From Candidatus Lustribacter sp. (GTDB lineage Bacteria > Vulcanimicrobiota > Vulcanimicrobiia > Vulcanimicrobiales > Vulcanimicrobiaceae), in contig OZ255842.1 in NCBI GenBank assembly GCA_965277805.1, positions 352,001 to 416,000 of the forward strand: a stretch of DNA of 64,000 bases, given 5' to 3'. Under the pieces are notes generated by a model. That model saw nothing but the letters and a program-made list of their open reading frames with translations, searched no databases and was not told the DNA's origin. The position numbers and the translations under genes are program-made. Below are positions 37,895-46,634 of the stretch, one piece after another; position 1 is the first letter of the stretch, and every line of letters starts with the position of its first letter.

Positions 37895-38219
37895 GCAGAG
37901 ATGTTGCCCTCCGGCTCAAATAGAGACGACGGATCGCAGCGAGCAAGCCGTGCTCTTCAAGGCCTTGGGCGATCCGCACCGGCTCACGATGCTCGCCACC
38001 CTCGCGCGCGCCGACGATGAGGTTTGCGTTTGCGACTTCACGTCGGCGTTGCCGCTCAATCAGCCGACCGTTTCGCACCATTTAAAGATTCTCCGAGATG
38101 CGGAGCTTGTGACGTGGGAGCGTCGCGGGACCTGGGTCTACTACCGGCTCGCGCCCCGTACACAAGATCGCCTCGCGGCGGCGTTGACCTCGTTGATTCC
38201 GGAACCGGCGCTCGCATGA
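37887..38219 (+). CDS. arsR: ArsR/SmtB family repressor
   Basis: FKALGDPHRL, EVCVCD, QPTVSHHLKIL, RRGTWVYY; N-terminal CC. Confidence 0.92.
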   Translation: MSMQRCCPPAQIETTDRSEQAVLFKALGDPHRLTMLATLARADDEVCVCDFTSALPLNQPTVSHHLKILRDAELVTWERRGTWVYYRLAPRTQDRLAAALTSLIPEPALA

Positions 38220-38232
38220 ACCTGCATCCGAA

Positions 38233-38916
38233 GTGATGCGGAGCGCGGCCGTTGCGGAATTCGTCGGCACGGCCTTTCTGTTGCTCGCGGTTGCCGGTTC
38301 GGGCATCATGGCACAGCGAATCTGCGGCGGAAATACCGGTCTTGCACTGCTCGCGAATGCGCTCGCGACGGGCGGCGCACTTATCGCGCTCATCCTCGCA
38401 TTCGGATCCGTTTCCGGTGCCCACTTCAACCCGGTCGTCACGCTCGCATCGGCCGTCCGCGAAAAGACGTGGGGCAGAGTGGGGCCGTACATCTGCGCCC
38501 AGCTGCTCGGTGGGTTCGCCGGCGTCGCGCTGGCAAACGTGATGTTCGGCCTGCCCGTGTTCACCCCGTCGCATCACGAGCGCAGCGGCGCTGCGATGAT
38601 CGCTTCCGAATTCGTCGCGACTTTCGGGCTGCTCGCCGTCATTTGGGGATGCGCTCGTTCGCGACCCGCTGCTGCGCCGTACGCGGTCGCGGCGTACATC
38701 GTGGGCGCCTATTGGTTCACGCCCTCGACATCATTTGCGAATCCGGCCGTCACGGCCGCGCGCTCCCTCACCGACACGTTCTCCGGAATCCGTCCGCTCG
38801 ACGTGCCGGCGTTTGTCGTAGTGCAAATCCTGGCAGGCCTCGCCGCGACGCTGCTCTTCGCGTGGTTCGAACGTTCCGCCGCGGAGAACCTCGCCGTTGC
38901 CTCCGAAGCGGCATGA
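38233..38916 (+). CDS. MIP/aquaporin arsenite channel (AqpS-like)
   Basis: AEFVGT, SGAHFNPVVT, AYWFTPSTSFANPAVT; in ars context. Confidence 0.88.
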   Translation: MMRSAAVAEFVGTAFLLLAVAGSGIMAQRICGGNTGLALLANALATGGALIALILAFGSVSGAHFNPVVTLASAVREKTWGRVGPYICAQLLGGFAGVALANVMFGLPVFTPSHHERSGAAMIASEFVATFGLLAVIWGCARSRPAAAPYAVAAYIVGAYWFTPSTSFANPAVTAARSLTDTFSGIRPLDVPAFVVVQILAGLAATLLFAWFERSAAENLAVASEAA

Positions 38917-39323
38917 AGGAAGCAGTGAAGGCATCAGTCCTGTTCGTTTGCCGGCATAACACCGGCCGCTCGCAAATGGCCGAAGCCTACTTGCGGTATT
39001 TCGCCGCCGACACCGTCGACGTCGCCTCAGCGGGCACGATCGCGGCGGATGTGCCCGATCCCGGCGTCGTTGCCGTCATGGCGGAAGACGGGATCGACAT
39101 CAGCGCGGCTCGCCCGAAATTACTCGATCCGATACGCGCGCAGCGGGCGGATCGAATCATTACGATGGGATGCGATGTCGAGGGCTTGCAGCGCATTGAC
39201 GCCGATTGGGGACTGCCCGATCCAAAGGGTCAGCCGCCGGAGCGAGTTCGTGAAATTCGCGACGAGGTCAAGGCCAAGGCGAAAGCGCTGGCGGAAGAGA
39301 TCGCTCTCACGATCGTTACGTAA
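38913..39323 (+). CDS. arsC: Arsenate reductase, LMW-PTP fold
   Basis: CRHNTGRSQMAE (CX5R), ITMGC, DWGLPDPKG...VREIRD. Confidence 0.88.
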   Translation: MKEAVKASVLFVCRHNTGRSQMAEAYLRYFAADTVDVASAGTIAADVPDPGVVAVMAEDGIDISAARPKLLDPIRAQRADRIITMGCDVEGLQRIDADWGLPDPKGQPPERVREIRDEVKAKAKALAEEIALTIVT

Positions 39324-39332
39324 GGAGCTTAC

Positions 39333-39669
39333 GTGAACCCGGGAATGACCGCTCTGCTCCTACTTGCCGCCGCGATTCTCGAGGTTGGCGGCGACGCGAT
39401 CGTACGGTTCGGCCTTCGCGCGCCGGGCCTCGGCAGCAAGGTTCTGCTGTTTGTAGGCGGGGCGGTCGTGCTCTTCGCCTACGGCATTTTCGTCAACACC
39501 GCACCGGCTTGATTTCGGGCGGCTGCTCGGCATCTACGTCGTCCTGTTCTTCATCGTTGCCCAGATCGTGAATCGCCTCGCATTCGGGATCGTCCCGAGC
39601 ATGCCGATCATCGTCGGCGGCGCGTTCATCGTGATCGGCGGCTCGATCATGACGCTCTGGAAGGTTTAG
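39333..39669 (+). pseudogene. Frameshifted small 4-TM membrane protein (YnfA/SMR-like)
   Basis: AAGGAG RBS then GTG; LEVGGD...YGIFVNTAP ends at TGA 39510-39512. The +1 frame continues DFGRLLGIYVVLFF...WKV to TAG 39669. One extra G at 39506-39507. Confidence 0.75.
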
Positions 39670-39677
39670 CTTTGGCT

Positions 39678-40136
39678 TTAATCCGTTAGCTTGAGCGTCA
39701 TCTCGTCGGCGGCTTCGAATCCAAGGGCGGCATAGAGCGGGCGCGCCGGATCCGACGGATGCAGCGAAAGCGAGATCAAGTTCGACTCGCGCGCAAAGGC
39801 GAGGATCCGTTCCATGATCGCGCGGGCCACGCCGCTGTGGCGCTCCGCCGGCTCGACGTAGACCGACTGCACCCGCCCGGCCCGGTCGGAACGCAAGCCG
39901 GGCCGCGGGATGCTCAGGTGCACGAGCACCGCGCCGCTGCCGGCGATACGGGCCTCCCGTTCGGCGATGAATGCAACGTACGTACCGGCTGCGACGGCGG
40001 CCCGAAAGAATTCCGTCCAAACGGGAATCTGCGGGCCGACGTCTTCGAGGCTCCAGTCCCCGACTTCATGCCAGACGGCGGCGCGATGAGTTGCGAGCAA
40101 CTCCGCGTCAGCCGGTTCGGCCGGCCGGATCCTCAC
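39678..40136 (-). CDS. GNAT family N-acetyltransferase
   Basis: GTGA overlap; IRPAEPAD, VYVEPAERHSGVA, LYAALGF. Confidence 0.85.
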   Translation of the reverse strand: MRIRPAEPADAELLATHRAAVWHEVGDWSLEDVGPQIPVWTEFFRAAVAAGTYVAFIAEREARIAGSGAVLVHLSIPRPGLRSDRAGRVQSVYVEPAERHSGVARAIMERILAFARESNLISLSLHPSDPARPLYAALGFEAADEMTLKLTD

Positions 40137-40846
40137 TCGTCCAGCAGGCTGACGTAATAGCGCCAGCGGCCTTCCATGCCGAAACCGTCGGCGGCCTGGG
40201 CCTGCAGATCGTCGTTGCTCATCCCGCGCGGCGTGCCGATCATCGATGCTTGCCAGGTGAGCTTCGCCTGATGTTCGAGCCAGATCGCGTTGACCACGAC
40301 TTCTTGCACGGTTTGCCCGGCGATGGTGACGCCGTGGTTCTGCAAGTGAACGATCTCTTTCTCGCCGAGCACTTTCGCGACTTCGGCGCCTTGTTCGGTC
40401 GTCGTGACCTTGCGCGCCGAGCGGTAGATCGGAATCGCGCCTTGCTTGACGACTTGCGCCATCACGCCTTGCATCGGTAAGATCGGCCGTTCGAGATCGC
40501 CGAAGATCGTCGCCAGCGGCTGATGCGTGTGCACGACCGCTTGCACGTCGGGCCGCGCACGATAGATTTCGGTGTGCAGTTTCGTTTCGTCGGGCACCGG
40601 ATAGTCGCCGCCGATCTTGACCGCATCGATGTTCACGAGCGAGACCTGTTTGTAGGTCATGTGCAGCTGGTTGCCCTGTTCGGATCCGCGGGCACGGATC
40701 AGCACGTTGTCGGTGCCGGGCACGCGCGCGCTCACGTGGCCGAGATAATCGACGAGCTCGAGCTTCGCCAAAATGCGGCAGCCGAGGGCGATCAGTTCGC
40801 GCAGCGCGCGGATGTCGGGTGATTCGAGGTCGATGGGCGCGGTCAT
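40133..40846 (-). CDS. Class II aldolase/adducin family protein (3,4-dihydroxyphthalate decarboxylase-like)
   Basis: GHVSAR, E..LHTEIYRARPDVQAVVHTH, LQNHG. Confidence 0.85.
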   Translation of the reverse strand: MTAPIDLESPDIRALRELIALGCRILAKLELVDYLGHVSARVPGTDNVLIRARGSEQGNQLHMTYKQVSLVNIDAVKIGGDYPVPDETKLHTEIYRARPDVQAVVHTHQPLATIFGDLERPILPMQGVMAQVVKQGAIPIYRSARKVTTTEQGAEVAKVLGEKEIVHLQNHGVTIAGQTVQEVVVNAIWLEHQAKLTWQASMIGTPRGMSNDDLQAQAADGFGMEGRWRYYVSLLDE

Positions 40847-40914
40847 GAGTCCTCCAGCGGGATCGTCGTTGCTTTGCAGTGATGCTCACTGCCCGGCAAG
40901 AAAACTCCTGGCCT

Positions 40915-41826
40915 ATGGCATTATCTTGTAGTTTGATCGACTCTGCATTGACGCGGCCAATCCTCGACGGCGCCGTTCCGGTCAAAGGCCTCGATCTGGC
41001 CATCTCCACCGCGACCGTCGACGAGAACAGCCGGGCCATGATCGCTGGCAAACTCGACATCGCCGAGATGTCGATGGCGACCTTCGTTCAAGGTCTCGCG
41101 CACGGGAAACAATGGCTCGCCATCCCCGTGTTCATGGGCCGGCGCTTTCTGCAACCGTGCGTCGCGTTCGCCAAGGGTTCGACCATCGCATCGCCCAGTG
41201 ATCTGCGCGGGAAACGTATCGGATTGCCGCAGTTCTGGATGACGTCGAGCATGTGGCATCGCGGTTTGCTCGAACACGAGTACGGCGTGCCGGCCACGCA
41301 AGTTGCATGGGTCACCAACCAGCCCGAACGGCTCGACGCGGGATTCACCCCCGGCGCGCAAGTGACCAACGTCGGCGATCAGCCGCTCTCGGCACTGCCG
41401 AAATTGCTCGGCGACGGCATCGTCGACGTGCTGTTCGCGCCGCGGCCGCTGGAGCGGGACGGCTCGCTCGGTTTTCTCTTCGACGATCCGGTAGGCACGG
41501 CGCTCGAGTATCGCGCGCGGACAGGAATCTACCCGTTGCTGCACACGATCGTGCTCAAGGCCGAGCACAAGGATCTCGCGCCGGCGCTCTACGAGCTCTT
41601 CACCCGCTCCAAAGAGTACGCATACGAGCATCCGGGCAAGGTCGAGATCGAGTCGCCGATCGCCGGGCTCTCGTTCGAAGAAGCGCGCGAACGCCTGGGG
41701 GAACCCTACCCGTACGGCGTACGTGCCAATTCCGCGGCGATCGACGCGTTCATGACGTATTCGCTGGAACAGGCCCTGACCGCCAAGCGCGTCAGCGCCG
41801 CGGAGGCATTCCTCGCTCTGGACTGA
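40915..41826 (+). CDS. 4,5-dihydroxyphthalate decarboxylase (Pht5)-like periplasmic-binding-fold protein
   Basis: TRPILDGAV, DIAEMS, IPVF..RRF, DLRGKRIG, WHRGLL.HEYGV, TGIYPLLHTIV, PYPYGVRAN; no signal peptide. Confidence 0.75.
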   Translation: MALSCSLIDSALTRPILDGAVPVKGLDLAISTATVDENSRAMIAGKLDIAEMSMATFVQGLAHGKQWLAIPVFMGRRFLQPCVAFAKGSTIASPSDLRGKRIGLPQFWMTSSMWHRGLLEHEYGVPATQVAWVTNQPERLDAGFTPGAQVTNVGDQPLSALPKLLGDGIVDVLFAPRPLERDGSLGFLFDDPVGTALEYRARTGIYPLLHTIVLKAEHKDLAPALYELFTRSKEYAYEHPGKVEIESPIAGLSFEEARERLGEPYPYGVRANSAAIDAFMTYSLEQALTAKRVSAAEAFLALD

Positions 41827-41841
41827 TCGCGGGAGACATCG

Positions 41842-42666
41842 ATGATCGCTGCGCAAGCGGCACCGGCCAAAATCCGCTTCGAGGACGTCGGCAAGACGTT
41901 CGAGATCCGCACGGGCCCGCTCGTTGCGCTCGAGCAGATCAATCTCGATATCCCGGCCGGTTCGTTCTTCGTGATCGTGGGTCCGAGCGGTTGCGGTAAG
42001 ACGACGTTACTGCGTATGGCCGCCGGCCTCGAGACGCCGACGTCGGGCACGATCACGATCGGCCGCGAACGCGTCGACCGGCCCGCCAACTCGATGATCT
42101 TTCAGGGCGAGTCGATCTTTCCGTGGATGACCGTGTTCGACAACGCCGCCTACGGTTTGCGCATGCGCAACGCGCCGAAGCGCGAGATCGGCGATGTGGT
42201 CGGTCACTACCTCGACCGCACCGGACTGACGAAGTTCGCCAAGGCCTATCCGCACCAGCTCTCGGGCGGCATGAAGCAGCGCGTTTCGATCGCGCGCGCG
42301 TTCGCTAACGATCCCGAAGTGTTGCTGATGGACGAACCGTTCTCGGCGCTCGACGAACAGAACAAAACGCTGCTGCAAGAAGAACTCTTGCGCATTTGGG
42401 AAGAGACGAAGAAGACCGTGCTCTTCATCACGCACAGCGTCGATGAAGCCGTGACGCTTGGCGATCAGATCATGGTGATGACCGCGCAGCCCGGCCGTGC
42501 AAAGGCGATCATCGACGTGCCGTTTCCGCGCCCGCGCAAAGTGCTGGAATTGCGTGCGGAGCCGGCCTACGGCGAGCTGGTCTACCACATTTGGGGCCAG
42601 CTGCGCGACGAGGTGCTCGCGGCCAAAGCCGGTGAAGCGGCCGAAGTTGCGGGAGCGCTGCGATGA
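41842..42666 (+). CDS. NitT/TauT-type ABC ATPase
   Basis: GPSGCGKTT, YPHQLSGGMKQR, LMDEPFSALD, FITH. Confidence 0.92.
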   Translation: MIAAQAAPAKIRFEDVGKTFEIRTGPLVALEQINLDIPAGSFFVIVGPSGCGKTTLLRMAAGLETPTSGTITIGRERVDRPANSMIFQGESIFPWMTVFDNAAYGLRMRNAPKREIGDVVGHYLDRTGLTKFAKAYPHQLSGGMKQRVSIARAFANDPEVLLMDEPFSALDEQNKTLLQEELLRIWEETKKTVLFITHSVDEAVTLGDQIMVMTAQPGRAKAIIDVPFPRPRKVLELRAEPAYGELVYHIWGQLRDEVLAAKAGEAAEVAGALR

Positions 42667-43508
42667 TTGCAACGTCGACGGATCCGGCACCGGCGAACGA
42701 ACCGAACGCAATCGTCATTCGCGGAAGTTCGTCGGCGAAGCGCGGGTTCTCGCGCGACACCTCCGATCGCCTGATGGGGCTGATCGCGCCGGTCGGGCTG
42801 TTCGTGTTGTGGGAACTCCTGGCCGACATCCACGTGATCGATACGCGTTTTTTCCCCGCGCCATCGAGTATCGCGGGCACGTTCGGCGTGCTGATCAAGA
42901 ACGGTCAACTGCTCGCCAACACGACGATCAGCCTCGAGCGGCTGTTCTTCGGCTTCTTGCTGGGCGCGATTCCGGCGCTGATCATCGGCCTCACGATGGG
43001 ACTCTACCGGCCCATCCGCGCGCTCGTCGAGCCGCTGATTCAAGGCACGTATCCGATCCCGAAAAGCGCGATTTTGCCGTTGATTTTGCTGATTTTCGGC
43101 CTCGGCGAACCATCGAAGATCGTAATGGTCGCGATCGGCGTCTTCTATCCGGTCGTCATCAACACGGTCTCGGGCGTGATGCAGATCCCCAAGATCTATC
43201 TCGACGTCGGCCACAACTTCGGCGCCAACCGCTGGAACATGTTCACCACGATCGCGCTGCCCGGCGCGCTGCCGTTCATCATGACCGGGATCAAGCTGGG
43301 AGCCGGTCTCGGACTGATCCTGATCGCGATCGCCGAGATGATCGGCGCGCAGAGCGGCCTGGGCTACATGATCTGGAACGCGTGGCAGATTCTCTCGGTC
43401 AACACGATGTACGTCGGCCTGATCATGATCGCACTGGTCGGCTTCGCCCTCACGGCAATCCTCAACGAAGTCGAGCGCTTGCTCATCCCCGCCAGGCAAG
43501 ACCGCTAA
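42663..43508 (+). CDS. NitT/TauT-type ABC permease
   Basis: FFPAPSSI, PIPKSAILPL, LPGALP, IAEMIGA.SGLGY. Confidence 0.92.
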   Translation: MIATSTDPAPANEPNAIVIRGSSSAKRGFSRDTSDRLMGLIAPVGLFVLWELLADIHVIDTRFFPAPSSIAGTFGVLIKNGQLLANTTISLERLFFGFLLGAIPALIIGLTMGLYRPIRALVEPLIQGTYPIPKSAILPLILLIFGLGEPSKIVMVAIGVFYPVVINTVSGVMQIPKIYLDVGHNFGANRWNMFTTIALPGALPFIMTGIKLGAGLGLILIAIAEMIGAQSGLGYMIWNAWQILSVNTMYVGLIMIALVGFALTAILNEVERLLIPARQDR

Positions 43509-43586
43509 CTGTCATCCCGAGCTTGTCGAGGGACCGCCTCAATCGACTTCTCTGAGCGGCGGCCCCTCGACAAGCTCGGGGTGGCA
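43509..43586. repeat. Palindromic element, copy 3
   Basis: First 29 nt identical to 11871-11899; imperfect right arm GCGGCCCCTCGACAAGCTCGGGGTGGCA; begins directly after the permease stop. Confidence 0.88.
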
Positions 43587-43601
43587 TGATATTGTCGGCC
43601 C

Positions 43602-43685
43602 ATGTCCGCAGTTCGCGCGATTATGACCACGACGATTATGACCATTCCCCTCGGCGAGGGCGAGTGTCGGTCGGTGCTGGTCTAG
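43602..43685 (+). CDS. Thr/Ile/Met leader peptide (27 aa)
   Basis: MSAVRAIMTTTIMTIPLGEGECRSVLV, upstream of hom; TGA-TATTGT extended -10 6 nt before ATG. Confidence 0.82.
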   Translation: MSAVRAIMTTTIMTIPLGEGECRSVLV

Positions 43686-43709
43686 ACGCGAACCACGGCA
43701 CCAGATGAC

Positions 43710-43745
43710 ACGGCCCTCGCCAGTAGGCGGGGGCCGTTTTTATTG
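43710..43745 (+). terminator. Attenuator terminator upstream of the second hom
   Basis: Stem ACGGCCCTCGCC-AGTA-GGCGGGGGCCGT then T-tract; antiterminator GGCGAGGGC at 43653-43661 in the leader. Confidence 0.85.
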
Positions 43746-43754
43746 GAGGATCCC

Positions 43755-44915
43755 ATGGCTGCCCTCTCTCTCCACGAACTCCAAGAACGCTCGAGCGTGC
43801 CGGCTCCCGCGCGTCCCGGCGTCGGCCTGCTCGGCTGCGGGGTCGTGGGCGCCGCGGTGGCGCGCCGCCTGCTGCTGGCCCACCCCGGCCTCTTGCGGGC
43901 CGTGGCCGTGCGCGATCCGCACAAGGCGCGCGACGTCGATTGGGAAGCGTGGGACGGCGATCCGTTTGCGGTGGTCGACGATCCGAACGTGAGCGTCGTC
44001 GTGGAGTGCATCGGCGGCGTGCGGCTGGCGCGCGAACTCGTGCTGCGCGCGATCGCACACGGCAAGGACGTCGTCACCGCCAACAAGGAGCTCATCGCGC
44101 AAGACGGTCCGTGGCTGCGCGCGTTCGCCGCTCGCACCGGCGCGACGCTGCACTACGAGGCGTCGGTGGGCGGCGCGATCCCGATCTTACGCGCGTTGGA
44201 AACCTCGCTCGCCGACGAGCCGATTCTCGAAGTCGGCGGCGTGGTCAACGGCACGACGAACTTCGTGCTCTCGCAGATGGAGAACGGCGCGAGTTACGCG
44301 GCGGCACTGGCACAAGCGCAGCAGCGCGGCTTCGCCGAAGCGGATCCGCGCAACGATGTCGACGGCATCGATGCCGCGCACAAACTCGCGATCCTCGCGA
44401 CGCTGGCGTTTCATCGCCCGGTCGCCTCGGCCGAACTCTCGCGTTGCGGCATCACTGCGATCCTGCCCGAGGACGTTGCGCTTGCGGCCGAACGCGGCTG
44501 GCGCCTCAAGCTCGTCGCGTTGGCGCGGCGCGCGAACGACGGCATCGAAGCGGGCGTCACGCCGGCGTTCGTCGCCCGCAGCCATGCCTTCGCCCGGCCC
44601 AACGATGCCGAGAACGTCGTGCGCGTGGTCGGTGTAGATTCGGGCGCGCTCGAATTCTTCGGCCTCGGCGCAGGCGGCGCGGCATCGGCGTCTAGCGTCG
44701 TCGGCGACATCCTCAGCGCGATCGACCTGCGCGCGCGCGGCATCACCGCTCACCGCGGCGTGGTCGGCGATCCGCAACGCGCCGGTGCGCTGCGTTTGCC
44801 GGTCGTGTTGCGCTCGGCGGACAGCGTGCGCATCAGCGAACCGCACGCGCTCGACGATCTCGCAACCCTCGCGGCGCAACCCGGCGTGCTCGCCGCGATC
44901 CCGCTGCTCGTTTAG
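43755..44915 (+). CDS. hom: Second homoserine dehydrogenase (no clear ACT domain)
   Basis: GLLGCGVVG, DVVTANK, YEASVGGAIPI, NGTTNFVL, GFAEADP..DVDG.DAAHK; GGAGGA RBS. Confidence 0.92.
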   Translation: MAALSLHELQERSSVPAPARPGVGLLGCGVVGAAVARRLLLAHPGLLRAVAVRDPHKARDVDWEAWDGDPFAVVDDPNVSVVVECIGGVRLARELVLRAIAHGKDVVTANKELIAQDGPWLRAFAARTGATLHYEASVGGAIPILRALETSLADEPILEVGGVVNGTTNFVLSQMENGASYAAALAQAQQRGFAEADPRNDVDGIDAAHKLAILATLAFHRPVASAELSRCGITAILPEDVALAAERGWRLKLVALARRANDGIEAGVTPAFVARSHAFARPNDAENVVRVVGVDSGALEFFGLGAGGAASASSVVGDILSAIDLRARGITAHRGVVGDPQRAGALRLPVVLRSADSVRISEPHALDDLATLAAQPGVLAAIPLLV

Positions 44916-45147
44916 GATTTCCTCAGCCGGCGGCTTCCTCGAGCGTGTCGAACTGAGCGCGCGCCTGCAGCACCGCGGGGTGGCTGCGCTCCGTCCACTC
45001 CACGAGGGAGCTCATCGATTCGAGGGTCGACGAACCATGGGCGCGACGCCTCGCCTCTGCGGACCCGCAGAATCTACCACTCGTCCGCAACGCCTTTGGC
45101 TCTCCATTGTCTGGCTCATGATTACCAAGCCATCCCTGTGATGGGAA

Positions 45148-46488
45148 TTATTGCGAGGCGGACGCGCTCTCTTTGGTGGAGAGGGTGTGGCCTTGGCCGG
45201 GCTGGTTGCCGCCGCCGTCGACGAGCAGCGAGAGGTTGGCGAGGCGCTCGATGATCTCGGCCTCGTTTTCGTTGCGCGGTTCCATCGGCTGCAGGCCGCG
45301 GTCTTCGCGCAGCGCTGCGCGGTGCTGGCCGTAGAGTTCTTCGGCCTTGTCTTGATTGCGCCAGCAGGCTTTGAAGTGATCCGCCACGCGGAAGGCGGTG
45401 CCGTTGTCGTTGCGTTTGAGTTTCGCCGCGACCGCGCCGGCCACCGAATAAACATCGAAGACGCAGTTGCGCAGTGGATCGAGCCGCGGGTCGTAGCTGA
45501 GCAGCGATTCTTTCTTTTCCAGATCGCGCAGCTGGAAGTACGAGAGCTTGCCGAAGCGCGCGACCTTCCCGATGATCGCGCCCATGATCGGCAGTTCGGT
45601 CGGCGAGAGGTTTTGTTCGCCCATCGCGCGATCGCGCTGTTCTTCGTCGGAGACGACGCCGCGTTCCAAACGTTTGGCGTAGTCGGCGCGTTCTTTCTTG
45701 ATCTTTTCGATGCGCTTGAAGACGGGCTTGATCTCGGGCCGCTCGTGGAACTCGTTAAGGCCGGCGTCGCTCTCCATCGCCTTCTTGATCGACTCTTCTT
45801 TGAGGTAGATCGCGCGCTTCATCTGCTCGTCCAGCGCGCCGAGTTGTTCCTCACGCTTGCGCATCGCCGCGCGTAATTCGCTCAGCGATTCGGCCGCGAC
45901 GTAGGCCGCGCGGTAGAGTTTGCCGGCCCGACCGAAAGAGAAGACGTTCTCCCAGAACGTCGGCGGGTTGACGCCCTTCTTGTCGACGTGCATCGGATAG
46001 GCCGACGCGTATTGGCGCGTCGTGACCATGGCGGTTGCCCGGCGTTCGTCCTCGAACGTGCGGCCGTTCTTGATCTCGCGCAACAGCCCCTCACGTTTCT
46101 GCGCGAACGAGGTCTGGATTGCGGTCTCGGCCGACGCCATCTGCTGCCGCTGGTAGCGGCGCTTCGCGTCCTCGTAGGTCTCGAGGTCTCTCGCGTCTTG
46201 CGCGAAGTCCGGAATATTGTAGGGCGAGGCCTCGATGCCGCCCGGCGGGAGATTCGTGTCCTCGTCGTCGTGCAAGCTCAGCGCGCGCGGGCGTTCGAGC
46301 GGCGCTAGCGCCGGCGGTTCTTCGCGTTGCTCTTCCTCAACGCCGAGTGCCGCGTAGAGCTCCGAGGCGACGTCGGGTTCACCGAACGCATCGCCTGCGT
46401 CGGTTTCGGGTTCGCCGGTGAGTGGCGACCCAATGGGGGATTCCGCCTCGTCGGCGCCATCGCCGAAGCTTTCAAAGAGACGGGACAA
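45148..46488 (-). CDS. Hypothetical protein (446 aa): acidic disordered N-terminus, coiled-coil core
   Basis: Long ORF with coding-like GC3 bias; no family recognised. Confidence 0.75.
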   Translation of the reverse strand: MSRLFESFGDGADEAESPIGSPLTGEPETDAGDAFGEPDVASELYAALGVEEEQREEPPALAPLERPRALSLHDDEDTNLPPGGIEASPYNIPDFAQDARDLETYEDAKRRYQRQQMASAETAIQTSFAQKREGLLREIKNGRTFEDERRATAMVTTRQYASAYPMHVDKKGVNPPTFWENVFSFGRAGKLYRAAYVAAESLSELRAAMRKREEQLGALDEQMKRAIYLKEESIKKAMESDAGLNEFHERPEIKPVFKRIEKIKKERADYAKRLERGVVSDEEQRDRAMGEQNLSPTELPIMGAIIGKVARFGKLSYFQLRDLEKKESLLSYDPRLDPLRNCVFDVYSVAGAVAAKLKRNDNGTAFRVADHFKACWRNQDKAEELYGQHRAALREDRGLQPMEPRNENEAEIIERLANLSLLVDGGGNQPGQGHTLSTKESASASQ

Positions 46489-46634
46489 GCCGCTACCGAA
46501 ACGCCTCGGCGCGGCCGTCGGATCGGCGCACCCAGCTTACCACGGCAGGAAACTCGTTCCTTAAGAGCACGCTTGACGCCTTTCTTTACGGCGGAGTAGA
46601 GACTCAGTGGTACGTCGAATACGGTATTCCCAAC

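Noticed and set aside
39678-41060. 460-aa ORF suggesting an extended GNAT
   Set aside because: The upstream part is an alternate frame of the class II aldolase; the GNAT starts at the GTGA overlap at 40136.
44916-45147. Possible ncRNA or riboswitch in the 230-bp gap after the second hom
   Set aside because: No recognisable family motif or long stem; only a weak small ORF.
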